Assembly: GCA_963661135.1 (NCBI GenBank)
Contig: CAVKZO010000002.1
Location: 8,614-72,613, forward strand
Source: Lachnospiraceae bacterium
Lineage (GTDB): Bacteria; Bacillota_I; Bacilli_A; RFN20; CAG-826
Length of the DNA stretch: 64,000 nucleotides
Direction: 5' to 3'
The notes beneath the pieces are model-generated. The model was not told the DNA's origin. It did no database searches and was given only the letters and a program-made list of their open reading frames with translations. A program made the position numbers and the translations under genes. This document shows, piece after piece, positions 39,795 to 48,966 of the stretch (positions within the stretch are counted from its first letter, which is position 1; each line of letters starts with the position of its first letter).

Positions 39795-40370
39795 ATGCAA
39801 AATTATAATGAAAAAGTAGACATGAGAGTCTATAGAAGTAAAAGAGATCTAGCTAACGCGTTAGAAAGTTTATTAAGAGAAAAGAATTATGATGACATCT
39901 TAATTAATGAAATAGTTTCTAGAGCGATGGTTAGCAAAAATACTTTTTATAATAATTTTTTAGACAAGAATGATTTATTAAATTTTTTATTTCAAAGATA
40001 TGCTAACGAATTATTAAAAAGCTTAGAACCATTTGAAGAAGATAAAAAACCTATTGAGGAAAATATTAAAGAAATAATAAAGACAATGGTTCATTTCTTT
40101 TATGAATCTCCTATACAAACTAAAAAGATGATAACAAACGATAAAACTAAATCTTTATATTGGAATATAAATTCTTTTGCAGAAAATTTTATATACAATA
40201 GTTTTAAGAATAGAAAAGTAAAATTGATTAACACTAATGTTAATTTAGATTTATTATGTCCATTTATCGCTGGTGGAGTTACTAATTTATTGTATTCTTT
40301 ATGTGATAAAAATATTAATTTAGATGAAAATGAATTAGTAAATGATATATTAGCATTGATCACTAGATAA
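39795..40370 (+). CDS. TetR/AcrR family transcriptional regulator
   Basis: N-terminal HTH ILINEIVSRAMVSKNTFYNNF and a ~190-aa all-helical protein. ATG at 39795 behind AAAGGAGA. Divergent from the ABC operon. Confidence 0.8.
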   Translation: MQNYNEKVDMRVYRSKRDLANALESLLREKNYDDILINEIVSRAMVSKNTFYNNFLDKNDLLNFLFQRYANELLKSLEPFEEDKKPIEENIKEIIKTMVHFFYESPIQTKKMITNDKTKSLYWNINSFAENFIYNSFKNRKVKLINTNVNLDLLCPFIAGGVTNLLYSLCDKNINLDENELVNDILALITR

Positions 40371-40412
40371 TTATTTTCTTGCTTATAATCGTTTTTATTT
40401 TATAATTCTTTT

Positions 40413-40841
40413 ATGAGCGAAAATGCAAAGTATATTATTAAAAAGATTTTTACATCGCGGATTACTAAATTAGTTTTAACATGTATCCTCGGTGTTTCTT
40501 TAGTTTTGATATTTGGATTTGTTACATATAAAGATGAAGGAAACAATCAATGGTGCAACGCTTGCTTTGTAACGTTTTTTATTATTTTTGGATTAGGTGC
40601 TTTTAGTTTATTAAATAATTTTGGAACCTTTGATTTGTTGGGTTATTCTTTTTCCAATCTTTTTAGTGTTATCATTCACAAAGATGAAAAAAAATATGTC
40701 GATGCGATTGACTATAGAAATAAAAGAAAAGATATTAGATTTTCGAATAGATTTACTTATTTTGTTTATTTTGGTGTGTCTTTAGTATTTTTAATTACTG
40801 CGATTATATTGTTATTTACTCAAGCAAAAGTAGTTGCTTAG
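40413..40841 (+). CDS. Small membrane protein, DUF3899-like
   Basis: 142 aa with three TM segments and a basic loop. GTFDLLGYSF resembles DUF3899; assignment is from memory only. Confidence 0.45.
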   Translation: MSENAKYIIKKIFTSRITKLVLTCILGVSLVLIFGFVTYKDEGNNQWCNACFVTFFIIFGLGAFSLLNNFGTFDLLGYSFSNLFSVIIHKDEKKYVDAIDYRNKRKDIRFSNRFTYFVYFGVSLVFLITAIILLFTQAKVVA

Positions 40842-40991
40842 CATATACGATATTAAAAAAGTATTAAGATTTACATATTTTTTAATTACAAAAATTTTTT
40901 AACATTTATTATATTTTTACTTTTAGAAAACCAATTTGTCGACAATGGTTAGCTAATAAGTGATTTTTTTAAATTTAGGGGGATATTTTTT

Positions 40992-43691
40992 ATGTTTAAT
41001 AAGAAAAAGATTAGTGTTCTTTCAATGCTAGCAGCTTGTGGCCTTGTTGCTGTTGGCGGATTAACTGGTTGTGGAGGTGATGGGGGAGATATTGACCCAC
41101 CTACTCCTACTCCAGTAGAAACAAAATATGGAGGAACTGCAACATTTAATTCACCATATTTTGAAGGATATTTTGCATTAACAACTGAATCAGGTGAAGA
41201 TTTGTTAACAACATCTAAGATGACACTTGTAGAAAGTGGAAAAACAGGAGTTAAAGCATATGCTTATGAAGCTCCTGCAGGTGCTATTATTTCTTGGGAA
41301 GTTCAAAATGAAAAAGGTGAGGTTGTTACTGATTTGAGCATTGCTAGTGATGGTACTGTTACAGTCCCAAGTGTATCTAGTAAAAAAGAATATACAGTTT
41401 ATTGTATTGCAACAGATCCAGATAACGAAGATACAAAAATTAGAGCTGCATTCCAAGTAACAGTCGTTCCAACTGGAAGTATTGCTACAGGAACTCAAGA
41501 TTTAATGGGTTTAACAAACGAAGAGCTTCTTTCTACATTTAGTGGAGCTGAAAGTTTAGCTTTAGAAACTGGCTTAGCTGGTATGAATTTTTGGGCATAT
41601 GGTGGATATGTTCAAGTTAGTAGCAGAGTTACAAATTCTAGATCAGAAGATGGTAAATTTACTTCTTCATCATATGTTCCTGGTTATGGTTTTGGAATTG
41701 GAACATATGGTTATTTAAACGCTGATAACCCAACAGAAAGTAATTCTAGTTGGAAACGTTATTACCATTCTGAAAATTCTAACCAAACAACAACTGTTAA
41801 CAAATATAAGAGCAGTGGAACTGGTGTTAGTGATTATTGGTCATTATTCAACGCTCCATATTTTGAAACTATGTTAAGTGAGGATGATGAATCTGAATAT
41901 GTTGCAAGTATGGCAACTACCGCTGAACCAATACCTCTTGATGATGATGGAAAAGAGTTGACAGGAACGGCTGCAAATGGATTACATAGTAAATGGAAAA
42001 TTAAAGTTAATGTTGGTTCAAAAGTAAAATACCGTAATTTAGGAACTAAAAATGGTAGTGCATTTGACGGAAGAGAAGTTGCTCTAGAAGATTATTTAAC
42101 TCCATATATTATGTACTATACTCAAGCGGCTAAAGCTTCTAATGTTACACAAATGTTAGGTACATTTGTTGGGGATAGTGAATACTATCAAAAAACAGCT
42201 GAAGTTGATACTGTTACAGTTGATTATTTCTTAGAAAATTTCCCAGGTATTCAATTAAATAGAGCTGATAATTCTTTGATTTTTGAACTTGAAACTCCAT
42301 GTACATCAGACTTTGCAGCTTATAGATTGAATAACCAAGGTGTATTACCATTAACATTTGTCCAAGATACTCTTGGTGGTGGAAGTTTGTCTGCAGGTGT
42401 TACAAAGTACGGAACAGTAGATGAAAAAGATGGCTCAAAACCTGAAGATAACGTTTTATCAACTGGACCATATGTTCTTGAAAAAGTTAGCGAAGATAAG
42501 ATTGTTCTTAAAAGAAATGATCAATGGTACGTCACTAAAGATAGTGCTGGACGTGATGTTTATAAATTAGAAGGTTATGTTTACACTAAAAATACAGCAT
42601 TACAAAATGATACTGATTTAACATTAGCATTTAAACAATTTGAAGAAGGATATACTGAACAAGCAACAATTCCATCTTCAAAAATTGCTGATTTAAAGAA
42701 TAATCCTCTTACAATTCACATTGAAAATACAGGTAGTAAAAATGGTGTCTCATTCAACTGTTTAAATAAGGTTGACTACGATTACTTATTTGGTACAGGA
42801 ACTAAGTTCCAAGCACATGCTATTGCTGGACAATTCTTTGATGATTATGAACTAGGAAGCGCTGGAAATTCAGATTATAGATCAACATATTTTGAAAACG
42901 ATTGGTCAGTTAAACCTATTATGGGTAACCATAATTTCCAAAAAGGTTTAAATTGTGGCTATGATAGAAATGCATTTGCTGAAACATTAGGTAGAGTTGG
43001 ATTTAGTGATTACTATGGTGATATTAACAAAATGACTCCAAAATCAAGTGCAAGATACAATGAAACAGATGCTCATAAAAACGCTGTCAAGTCAGTTTAT
43101 GGAGAAGATGGTATTTCACTTTCAAGTAATGAAAAAGGTATTCAATACTTTAAAGAAGCTATTACTGAAGAACTTGAAGCAGGACATTATTTATTAGGAA
43201 CAGCAAGTAATCCTACAGAAATTACAATTAATGTTAACTGGCAATCTTCTAGCTGGGTTCAATTCCAAGGAACTGCTATATTTGGAGCTATAGAAGATAC
43301 ATTCACAACAGCAGTTTTATCAAATGCTAATTGGCGTGATGGTTCTTCGCCATTGATTAAATTAAAATTTGAACAAACATACGAAGGAAGCGGACAAAGT
43401 GACTATATTAATACATATGTAAAAGTTGCTTTAGGACAATATGATATCGCTCAAGCTTCAATTAGTGGTGGCGAATACGAAGTCTTCCAAGAAACAGGTC
43501 TTTGGGAATCATATAATAGAGCTTATTCATTAACAATTCACCATGCTCTTGTTACAAATATTCCATCTTCATATATTACATATAATGGTAAATATTACTC
43601 ATTAGATGCATTATATTATGGAAATACTGAAACAGTTAAACTCGACGATAATGGAAGAATTGATTATAGTTCATTAAGACCTATTGATTAA
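40992..43691 (+). CDS. oppA: Oligopeptide ABC substrate-binding lipoprotein, oversized (899 aa)
   Basis: Signal peptide with lipoboxes LAAC (Cys16) and LTGC (Cys27). Family-5 SBP block LSTGPYVLEKVSEDKIVLKRNDQWY. First gene of the opp operon. GGGGGA RBS. Confidence 0.75.
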   Translation: MFNKKKISVLSMLAACGLVAVGGLTGCGGDGGDIDPPTPTPVETKYGGTATFNSPYFEGYFALTTESGEDLLTTSKMTLVESGKTGVKAYAYEAPAGAIISWEVQNEKGEVVTDLSIASDGTVTVPSVSSKKEYTVYCIATDPDNEDTKIRAAFQVTVVPTGSIATGTQDLMGLTNEELLSTFSGAESLALETGLAGMNFWAYGGYVQVSSRVTNSRSEDGKFTSSSYVPGYGFGIGTYGYLNADNPTESNSSWKRYYHSENSNQTTTVNKYKSSGTGVSDYWSLFNAPYFETMLSEDDESEYVASMATTAEPIPLDDDGKELTGTAANGLHSKWKIKVNVGSKVKYRNLGTKNGSAFDGREVALEDYLTPYIMYYTQAAKASNVTQMLGTFVGDSEYYQKTAEVDTVTVDYFLENFPGIQLNRADNSLIFELETPCTSDFAAYRLNNQGVLPLTFVQDTLGGGSLSAGVTKYGTVDEKDGSKPEDNVLSTGPYVLEKVSEDKIVLKRNDQWYVTKDSAGRDVYKLEGYVYTKNTALQNDTDLTLAFKQFEEGYTEQATIPSSKIADLKNNPLTIHIENTGSKNGVSFNCLNKVDYDYLFGTGTKFQAHAIAGQFFDDYELGSAGNSDYRSTYFENDWSVKPIMGNHNFQKGLNCGYDRNAFAETLGRVGFSDYYGDINKMTPKSSARYNETDAHKNAVKSVYGEDGISLSSNEKGIQYFKEAITEELEAGHYLLGTASNPTEITINVNWQSSSWVQFQGTAIFGAIEDTFTTAVLSNANWRDGSSPLIKLKFEQTYEGSGQSDYINTYVKVALGQYDIAQASISGGEYEVFQETGLWESYNRAYSLTIHHALVTNIPSSYITYNGKYYSLDALYYGNTETVKLDDNGRIDYSSLRPID

Positions 43692-43712
43692 TTAAAAAAA
43701 ATAAATTAATAA

Positions 43713-43746
43713 CATAAAACCATTTAGACAACTAAATGGTTTTATG
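43713..43746 (+). promoter_or_regulatory. Intercistronic 14-bp hairpin between oppA and oppB
   Basis: cataaaaccattta / taaatggttttatg with loop gacaac. There is no clean U-tract after the stem, so it is more likely an mRNA-stabilising or partial-termination element than a full terminator. Confidence 0.5.
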
Positions 43747-43769
43747 CGTATAAAAAGGAGGAAAAAAAT

Positions 43770-44816
43770 ATGGTTAAATATGTTATAAAAAGACTTATTT
43801 TAGCATTTTTTACAGCATTTATTGTCCTTAGTTTAACTTTTATTTTGTATAAAACATTACCTTTAGATCTTCCGTTGGCTGCTGGTAAAAGCGCTGTTTC
43901 AACATATTTAGGTAATCAATACAATTTAGGTTATGTTGTAAGATTTACTGAGCCTCATCCTGAGCTTGGGACATTATTAGGTGGAACAGGATATGAAATC
44001 GGTAAAACTGGTACTTTCTATTACTATTATTCTAAACCTGTAATGCAACAATATTTTAATTGGATTTCTAATGTTATTACTAAATGGGATTGGGGTTTAT
44101 CTTCAACGCTTTTCCCAAATCAATCTGCTATGGGAATTATTATTGAAAAATTACCAGTTACAATAGAAATTAACTTAATTTCAATAATAATAGCTTTACC
44201 TTTAGGTATCATTATTGGAATTGTTGCAGCGTTAAATAAAGATAAACCTATAGATCACGTAATTAACACTATAATTATGATTATTATAGCTTTACCTTCA
44301 TTTATCACTATTTTATATTTAATTTTATTCTTTAGTTATAATCTTCATTGGTTACCAACTAGATTCGCTGATGAAACAAGTTCGTTAGCTGATAAAATTA
44401 AATCTTTAGTTATTCCTGTTTTAGCTTTATCTATCGGAACTATTGCTTCATTTGCTAGATTTGTTAGAGCCGAGTTATGTGAAGTTATGAGCAGTGATTA
44501 TTTAACTTTAGCTCGTACAAAAGGATTAACTAGAAGACAATCAATCATTCATCACGCTTTAAGAAATTCGATGGTTCCAGTTGTTCCAATGGTTATTGCT
44601 GAATTTATAGGAATTTTAGGTGGTAGTATGGTTCTAGAGAATTTATATAATATTAGAGGTGTTGGTAATATTTATATGAGTGCATATTCTGCAAAAGATT
44701 ATACGTTGCTTCTTGCTAATACAGCTTTCTATACGATTATTGGATTAGCAAGCAGCGTTTTAGTGGACATTTCATATGGTTTTATTGATCCACGTATTAG
44801 AATGGGGGCTAAATAA
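43770..44816 (+). CDS. oppB: Oligopeptide ABC permease OppB
   Basis: N-terminal YVIKRLILAF and the EAA-loop region DYLTLARTKGLTRRQSIIHHALRNS. Confidence 0.88.
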   Translation: MVKYVIKRLILAFFTAFIVLSLTFILYKTLPLDLPLAAGKSAVSTYLGNQYNLGYVVRFTEPHPELGTLLGGTGYEIGKTGTFYYYYSKPVMQQYFNWISNVITKWDWGLSSTLFPNQSAMGIIIEKLPVTIEINLISIIIALPLGIIIGIVAALNKDKPIDHVINTIIMIIIALPSFITILYLILFFSYNLHWLPTRFADETSSLADKIKSLVIPVLALSIGTIASFARFVRAELCEVMSSDYLTLARTKGLTRRQSIIHHALRNSMVPVVPMVIAEFIGILGGSMVLENLYNIRGVGNIYMSAYSAKDYTLLLANTAFYTIIGLASSVLVDISYGFIDPRIRMGAK

Positions 44817-44818
44817 TT

Positions 44819-46912
44819 ATGGAAAATGATAAAAATAAATTTCAATATTTAGATAGTTTATCTAACCCTCAAGAAATCGAAATCGGAAAAGAGGATTTCA
44901 ATTTTGTACAAAACAATAAAAAAATTCATGATGTTAAATTAAAAGGAAAACCTGTAACTTTCTTTAAAGATGCTATGAAAAGATTTGTTACTAATAAATC
45001 TTCAGTTACTGGTGGAGTTATTCTTGGTTTTATTATTTTATGCGCTATATTCCTTCCAATTTGTATTCCTGATGTAGGATGTTACGATGTTAGTACAACA
45101 CACTTACTAAATCCAGATGGAATAAAAAGTGAAAAAGCGTTACCTCCAAAACTTTTCTCAAATGCAAATGGTTTCTGGGATGGTACTATCAAAAAAGAAA
45201 GTATCACTTATGATATGGAAGCTCAAACTCCTGTTGATTATGAAATGAGAACCGTATCTCATTTAACTGTTGAAGAATATTATGGTGATCTTGCAGCAAA
45301 TTACGGACTTGGTGGATATATTAATTTAACTAAAAAAGATATCGCAACAAGCAGTTTAGTTGATTATTATTCTTACACTTATAATTATGATTTTTCATAT
45401 TCGTATGATATTACATATAGATTTGTTAAAAATTATAATGAAGGTTATAAAGAAGCCAAATATAGAATTTCTTTAATAACAATGAGTGGTGGAATTAAAA
45501 CTTATTATCCATTAACTGGATTAAATGAAGTTACATCTTCATTCGATGAAGGAAGCGACTTAAATAAAGGGTTTGTATCTACACTATTTGATAAGGATGA
45601 AGAAGGAACATTAGAATTAGATGTTTCTACAATTATGAAAGATATTTATGGTGTTACAAGTTTATCAAGTGCTCGTATTAATATCGATATGTTAGATGAG
45701 AGTGATGATACTAACAAATCTTCAATATTAATAGAAAGTTTAGATATTAATAGCGAAGATGATCCTAGTACAGATTATGTATCTTCTAGAAGTATCATCG
45801 ACGCTAATAATAATTTAATTCAAGAACAAAAAATATCAAAAGAAGGATCTATTGATAAGGTTAATAATCCAGCTTATTGGACTGGTAAAACAAGTAATAG
45901 AAGCGCTTTGAATGTAAAATTTGCTAGATGTAGTTTCTTATATGATATGTATGAAGATTGCTATGGTGATAAAGTCATTACATTAAACTCATATAAAGTT
46001 AATCAATTTATAGCTTTAGGATATTTTAATTACGATCCAAGTGGCGGAGCTACTGATGATGCTGATGTACTTGCTTCTAGATATGAATCATTAAATTCTA
46101 AAAGCAATCCAATAGTTTCTATTATTTCTCAATCAGGAACTGCAACATATAGTAAAACTGATAAGAATTACACTGGTTTTTATTTAACTTGTGTTATTAG
46201 TCAATATAAATATTTAGGATATTCTTCAAAACCTATATATTTATTTGGAACAGATAATTCGGGTAGAGATTACTTAAAAACACTTGCGACATCATTAAGA
46301 TTGAGTTTATTAATAGCGTTTGGTTGTGCTTTAATTAATATAGTTATTGGTATTATTTGGGGTTCAATTTCAGGTTATTTTGGTGGATGGACTGATATCA
46401 CTATGGAAAGAATTTGTGATATCGTTTCAGGTCTTCCTTCAATTGCAATTATCACATTATGTATTTTACATTTACATAACGATATGTTAGCTTTCATTAT
46501 TTCAATGTTTATGACTGGATGGATGGGTGTTGCTGGAAGAACTAGAACACAATTTTATAGATATAAAGGTAGAGAATATGTTTTAGCTAGTAGAACATTA
46601 GGTGCTAAATCTCCTAGATTAATTTTTAAACACATTTTACCTAACTCGATGGGTACAATTATCACTTCATCAATCTTAATGATCCCATCAGTAATTTATA
46701 GTGAAGCTAGTATTTCTTATTTAAAATTAGGTTTAAGTAATCAACTGTTATTTGGTGTTATTTTAAGTGAAAACTCAAATATTTTTGAAGGATATACAAT
46801 GTATTTATTGATTATTCCTACAGTAATTATGGCGTTCTTACTTGTATCGTTTAACTTATTTGGTAATGGATTACGTGATGCGTTCAACCCATCACTTAAA
46901 GGAGGTGAATAG
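44819..46912 (+). CDS. oppC: Oligopeptide ABC permease OppC with ~360-aa extracytoplasmic insertion
   Basis: TM1 at aa ~63-83. The canonical core resumes at LFGTDNSGRDYL (aa ~475), with the EAA region EYVLASRTLGAKSPRLIFKHILPN. Confidence 0.85.
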   Translation: MENDKNKFQYLDSLSNPQEIEIGKEDFNFVQNNKKIHDVKLKGKPVTFFKDAMKRFVTNKSSVTGGVILGFIILCAIFLPICIPDVGCYDVSTTHLLNPDGIKSEKALPPKLFSNANGFWDGTIKKESITYDMEAQTPVDYEMRTVSHLTVEEYYGDLAANYGLGGYINLTKKDIATSSLVDYYSYTYNYDFSYSYDITYRFVKNYNEGYKEAKYRISLITMSGGIKTYYPLTGLNEVTSSFDEGSDLNKGFVSTLFDKDEEGTLELDVSTIMKDIYGVTSLSSARINIDMLDESDDTNKSSILIESLDINSEDDPSTDYVSSRSIIDANNNLIQEQKISKEGSIDKVNNPAYWTGKTSNRSALNVKFARCSFLYDMYEDCYGDKVITLNSYKVNQFIALGYFNYDPSGGATDDADVLASRYESLNSKSNPIVSIISQSGTATYSKTDKNYTGFYLTCVISQYKYLGYSSKPIYLFGTDNSGRDYLKTLATSLRLSLLIAFGCALINIVIGIIWGSISGYFGGWTDITMERICDIVSGLPSIAIITLCILHLHNDMLAFIISMFMTGWMGVAGRTRTQFYRYKGREYVLASRTLGAKSPRLIFKHILPNSMGTIITSSILMIPSVIYSEASISYLKLGLSNQLLFGVILSENSNIFEGYTMYLLIIPTVIMAFLLVSFNLFGNGLRDAFNPSLKGGE

Positions 46913-46914
46913 TT

Positions 46915-48966
46915 ATGGAAGAAAAAGAAAAAGTACTTTCAGTAAAAGACTTAGTAGTCTCTTTTAAAACTGATAGAGGTATAGTTCACGCTGTTAGAGG
47001 TGTATCTTTCGATTTATATAAAGGTGAAACTTTATGTATCGTTGGAGAATCTGGTAGTGGAAAATCTGTTACAAATAAAGCAATCATTGGTATCAGTAGC
47101 GCTAATGCTATTATTGAAAATGGACAAATTCTTTACGAAGGAGAAGATTTAGTTAGAGTTAGTGAAGAAGAATTCCATAGAATTAGAGGTCATAAAATTG
47201 GAATGATTTTCCAAGATCCCCTTTCCGCTTTAAATCCTACGATGAGAGTAGGAAAGCAAATCATGGAAGCTACTTTAATTAATAGAAATGTCATCAAAAA
47301 ATATTATGAAGAAATCATTTCTAACGAATTATGTGCTTTAAGAAATCTTGAATCTAACATCATCTTTGAAAATAAAAAATACGAAGAGGAAATAGCTGAA
47401 AACAAAGCTTTAGAAAAGGCATATAATAAAGCAGTTAAAAAATATTTTTCAACAAAATCTAAGTTTGAATCAATAGCTTCTTTAAAAGATGCAAGTGACG
47501 AAAAGAGTAAGGAAAAATATGAAAATGCTTCAATTAGTTTTGAAGAAACAAAAGAAAACTTGATTTCAATACAAAATAAAATTAAAGAATATTTTGCTTT
47601 TACATCAAGAGTTTTTAGAAATAGTATTAAGAGTAATTTCATTGTTATTGAAGAACTTGAAAATTCTAGAGAAGAAGATGAACTAAAGCAACAAATCCTT
47701 GAAGAGAAAGTTGAAAGATTAAGATACTTAAATGACTTATATGGTAAATATGTTGAAAAGCAATATATTGTTGAAGATGATTATGTAGCTGCTTTAAAAG
47801 AAAAGAATAAGGATTTAAGAGGTTTAATTAAAGAAAATAGTTTCCTTTTAAAGAAATATTCTCCAGCATTAAAAGAAGATTTAAAGAGAAAGAAAAAAGA
47901 AGCAAAGGCTTTAACTGAAAAATATAAAGTTGAAACTAAGGCTGAATTTGAAAAACAAATAAGTGAAGAAGAAACTAAACTTCATGAGATTGATAAAAAA
48001 ATCTTAGAAGTGGAAGCTAAACTTTCTCAAGAAGAACTTGCTAAAGTTCATTCAATCCTAAAAGAAAATATTAAAATTCAAAAACAGATTGATAAAATTA
48101 AAACTAAATTTAAAGAAGTTAATGTTTCTAAAGTCAGTAAAGATAACGAATTAAAATTAATTGAAATTCCTAACGAAACATTAAATGCTTTATATAAAGA
48201 AAAAGGTGAGTTGATCGAAAAGATTAAAAACACTAAAGAAGAGTATTCTAACAAAACTAGAATTAGTAAATCCCATGCCAAAAAGATGGCTTTACAAGTT
48301 ATGAAAGAAGTTGGTATACCTCTTCCAGAAAGAAGGTTTAAACAATATCCATTTGAATTTAGTGGTGGTATGAGACAACGTATCGTCATAGCTATCGCTT
48401 TAATTGCTAACCCTGATATTCTTATTTGTGACGAACCTACAACTGCACTTGACGTTACAATTCAAGCTCAAATTCTCGACTTAATTAATAAATTAAAAGA
48501 AGAAAGAAAACTTAGTTGTATCTTCATTACTCACGATTTAGGTGTCGTCGCTCATATGGCTGATAGAGTTGCAGTTATGTATGCTGGTAAGATTGTTGAA
48601 TACGGCCAAGTTGATGAAATATTTTTTGAGCCAAAGCATCCTTACACCTGGGCATTATTGTCGTCTATTCCAGACATTCATTCTAAAGAGAAGCTTGAAG
48701 CGATTCCTGGAACACCTCCAGACATGCTTTATCCACCAAAAGGAGATGCATTCGCTTTAAGAAGTAAATATGCTATGGAAATCGATTTTAAATATGAACC
48801 ACCATTCTTTAAGGTGAGCGATACACATTATGCTGCTACATGGTTGCTACATAAAGATGCGCCTAAAGTAGAGATGCCAAAAATTGTTAAACAAAGAATT
48901 GAAGCTGCTAAAAAATTAGATGAGGAGGAAGAAGAAAATGCAAGACGAAGAGAAGAAAATAACTAA
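46915..48966 (+). CDS. oppD: Oligopeptide ABC ATPase OppD with ~320-aa K/E-rich insertion
   Basis: Walker A GESGSGKS (aa 44-51), Q-loop MIFQDPLSALNP (aa ~97-108), signature FSGGMRQR only at aa ~482, Walker B ILICDEPTTALD, and a C-terminal oligopeptide-type domain. Confidence 0.88.
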   Translation: MEEKEKVLSVKDLVVSFKTDRGIVHAVRGVSFDLYKGETLCIVGESGSGKSVTNKAIIGISSANAIIENGQILYEGEDLVRVSEEEFHRIRGHKIGMIFQDPLSALNPTMRVGKQIMEATLINRNVIKKYYEEIISNELCALRNLESNIIFENKKYEEEIAENKALEKAYNKAVKKYFSTKSKFESIASLKDASDEKSKEKYENASISFEETKENLISIQNKIKEYFAFTSRVFRNSIKSNFIVIEELENSREEDELKQQILEEKVERLRYLNDLYGKYVEKQYIVEDDYVAALKEKNKDLRGLIKENSFLLKKYSPALKEDLKRKKKEAKALTEKYKVETKAEFEKQISEEETKLHEIDKKILEVEAKLSQEELAKVHSILKENIKIQKQIDKIKTKFKEVNVSKVSKDNELKLIEIPNETLNALYKEKGELIEKIKNTKEEYSNKTRISKSHAKKMALQVMKEVGIPLPERRFKQYPFEFSGGMRQRIVIAIALIANPDILICDEPTTALDVTIQAQILDLINKLKEERKLSCIFITHDLGVVAHMADRVAVMYAGKIVEYGQVDEIFFEPKHPYTWALLSSIPDIHSKEKLEAIPGTPPDMLYPPKGDAFALRSKYAMEIDFKYEPPFFKVSDTHYAATWLLHKDAPKVEMPKIVKQRIEAAKKLDEEEEENARRREENN

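Noticed and set aside
40917-40950. CodY-box-like tacttttagaaaacc and an imperfect palindrome aaccaatttGTCGACaatggtt upstream of oppA.
   Set aside because: Only ~10 of 15 positions match the AATTTTCWGAAAATT consensus. codY is missing from its usual locus here. The palindrome needs a 2-nt bulge. This is too weak to call a regulatory site.
48542-48760. 72-aa plus-strand ORF in an alternative frame of oppD, and a 67-aa ORF at 58248-58451 inside the GH31 gene.
   Set aside because: Both are embedded in conserved domains of real genes (the OppD C-terminal domain and the GH31 barrel), with no RBS and no motif.
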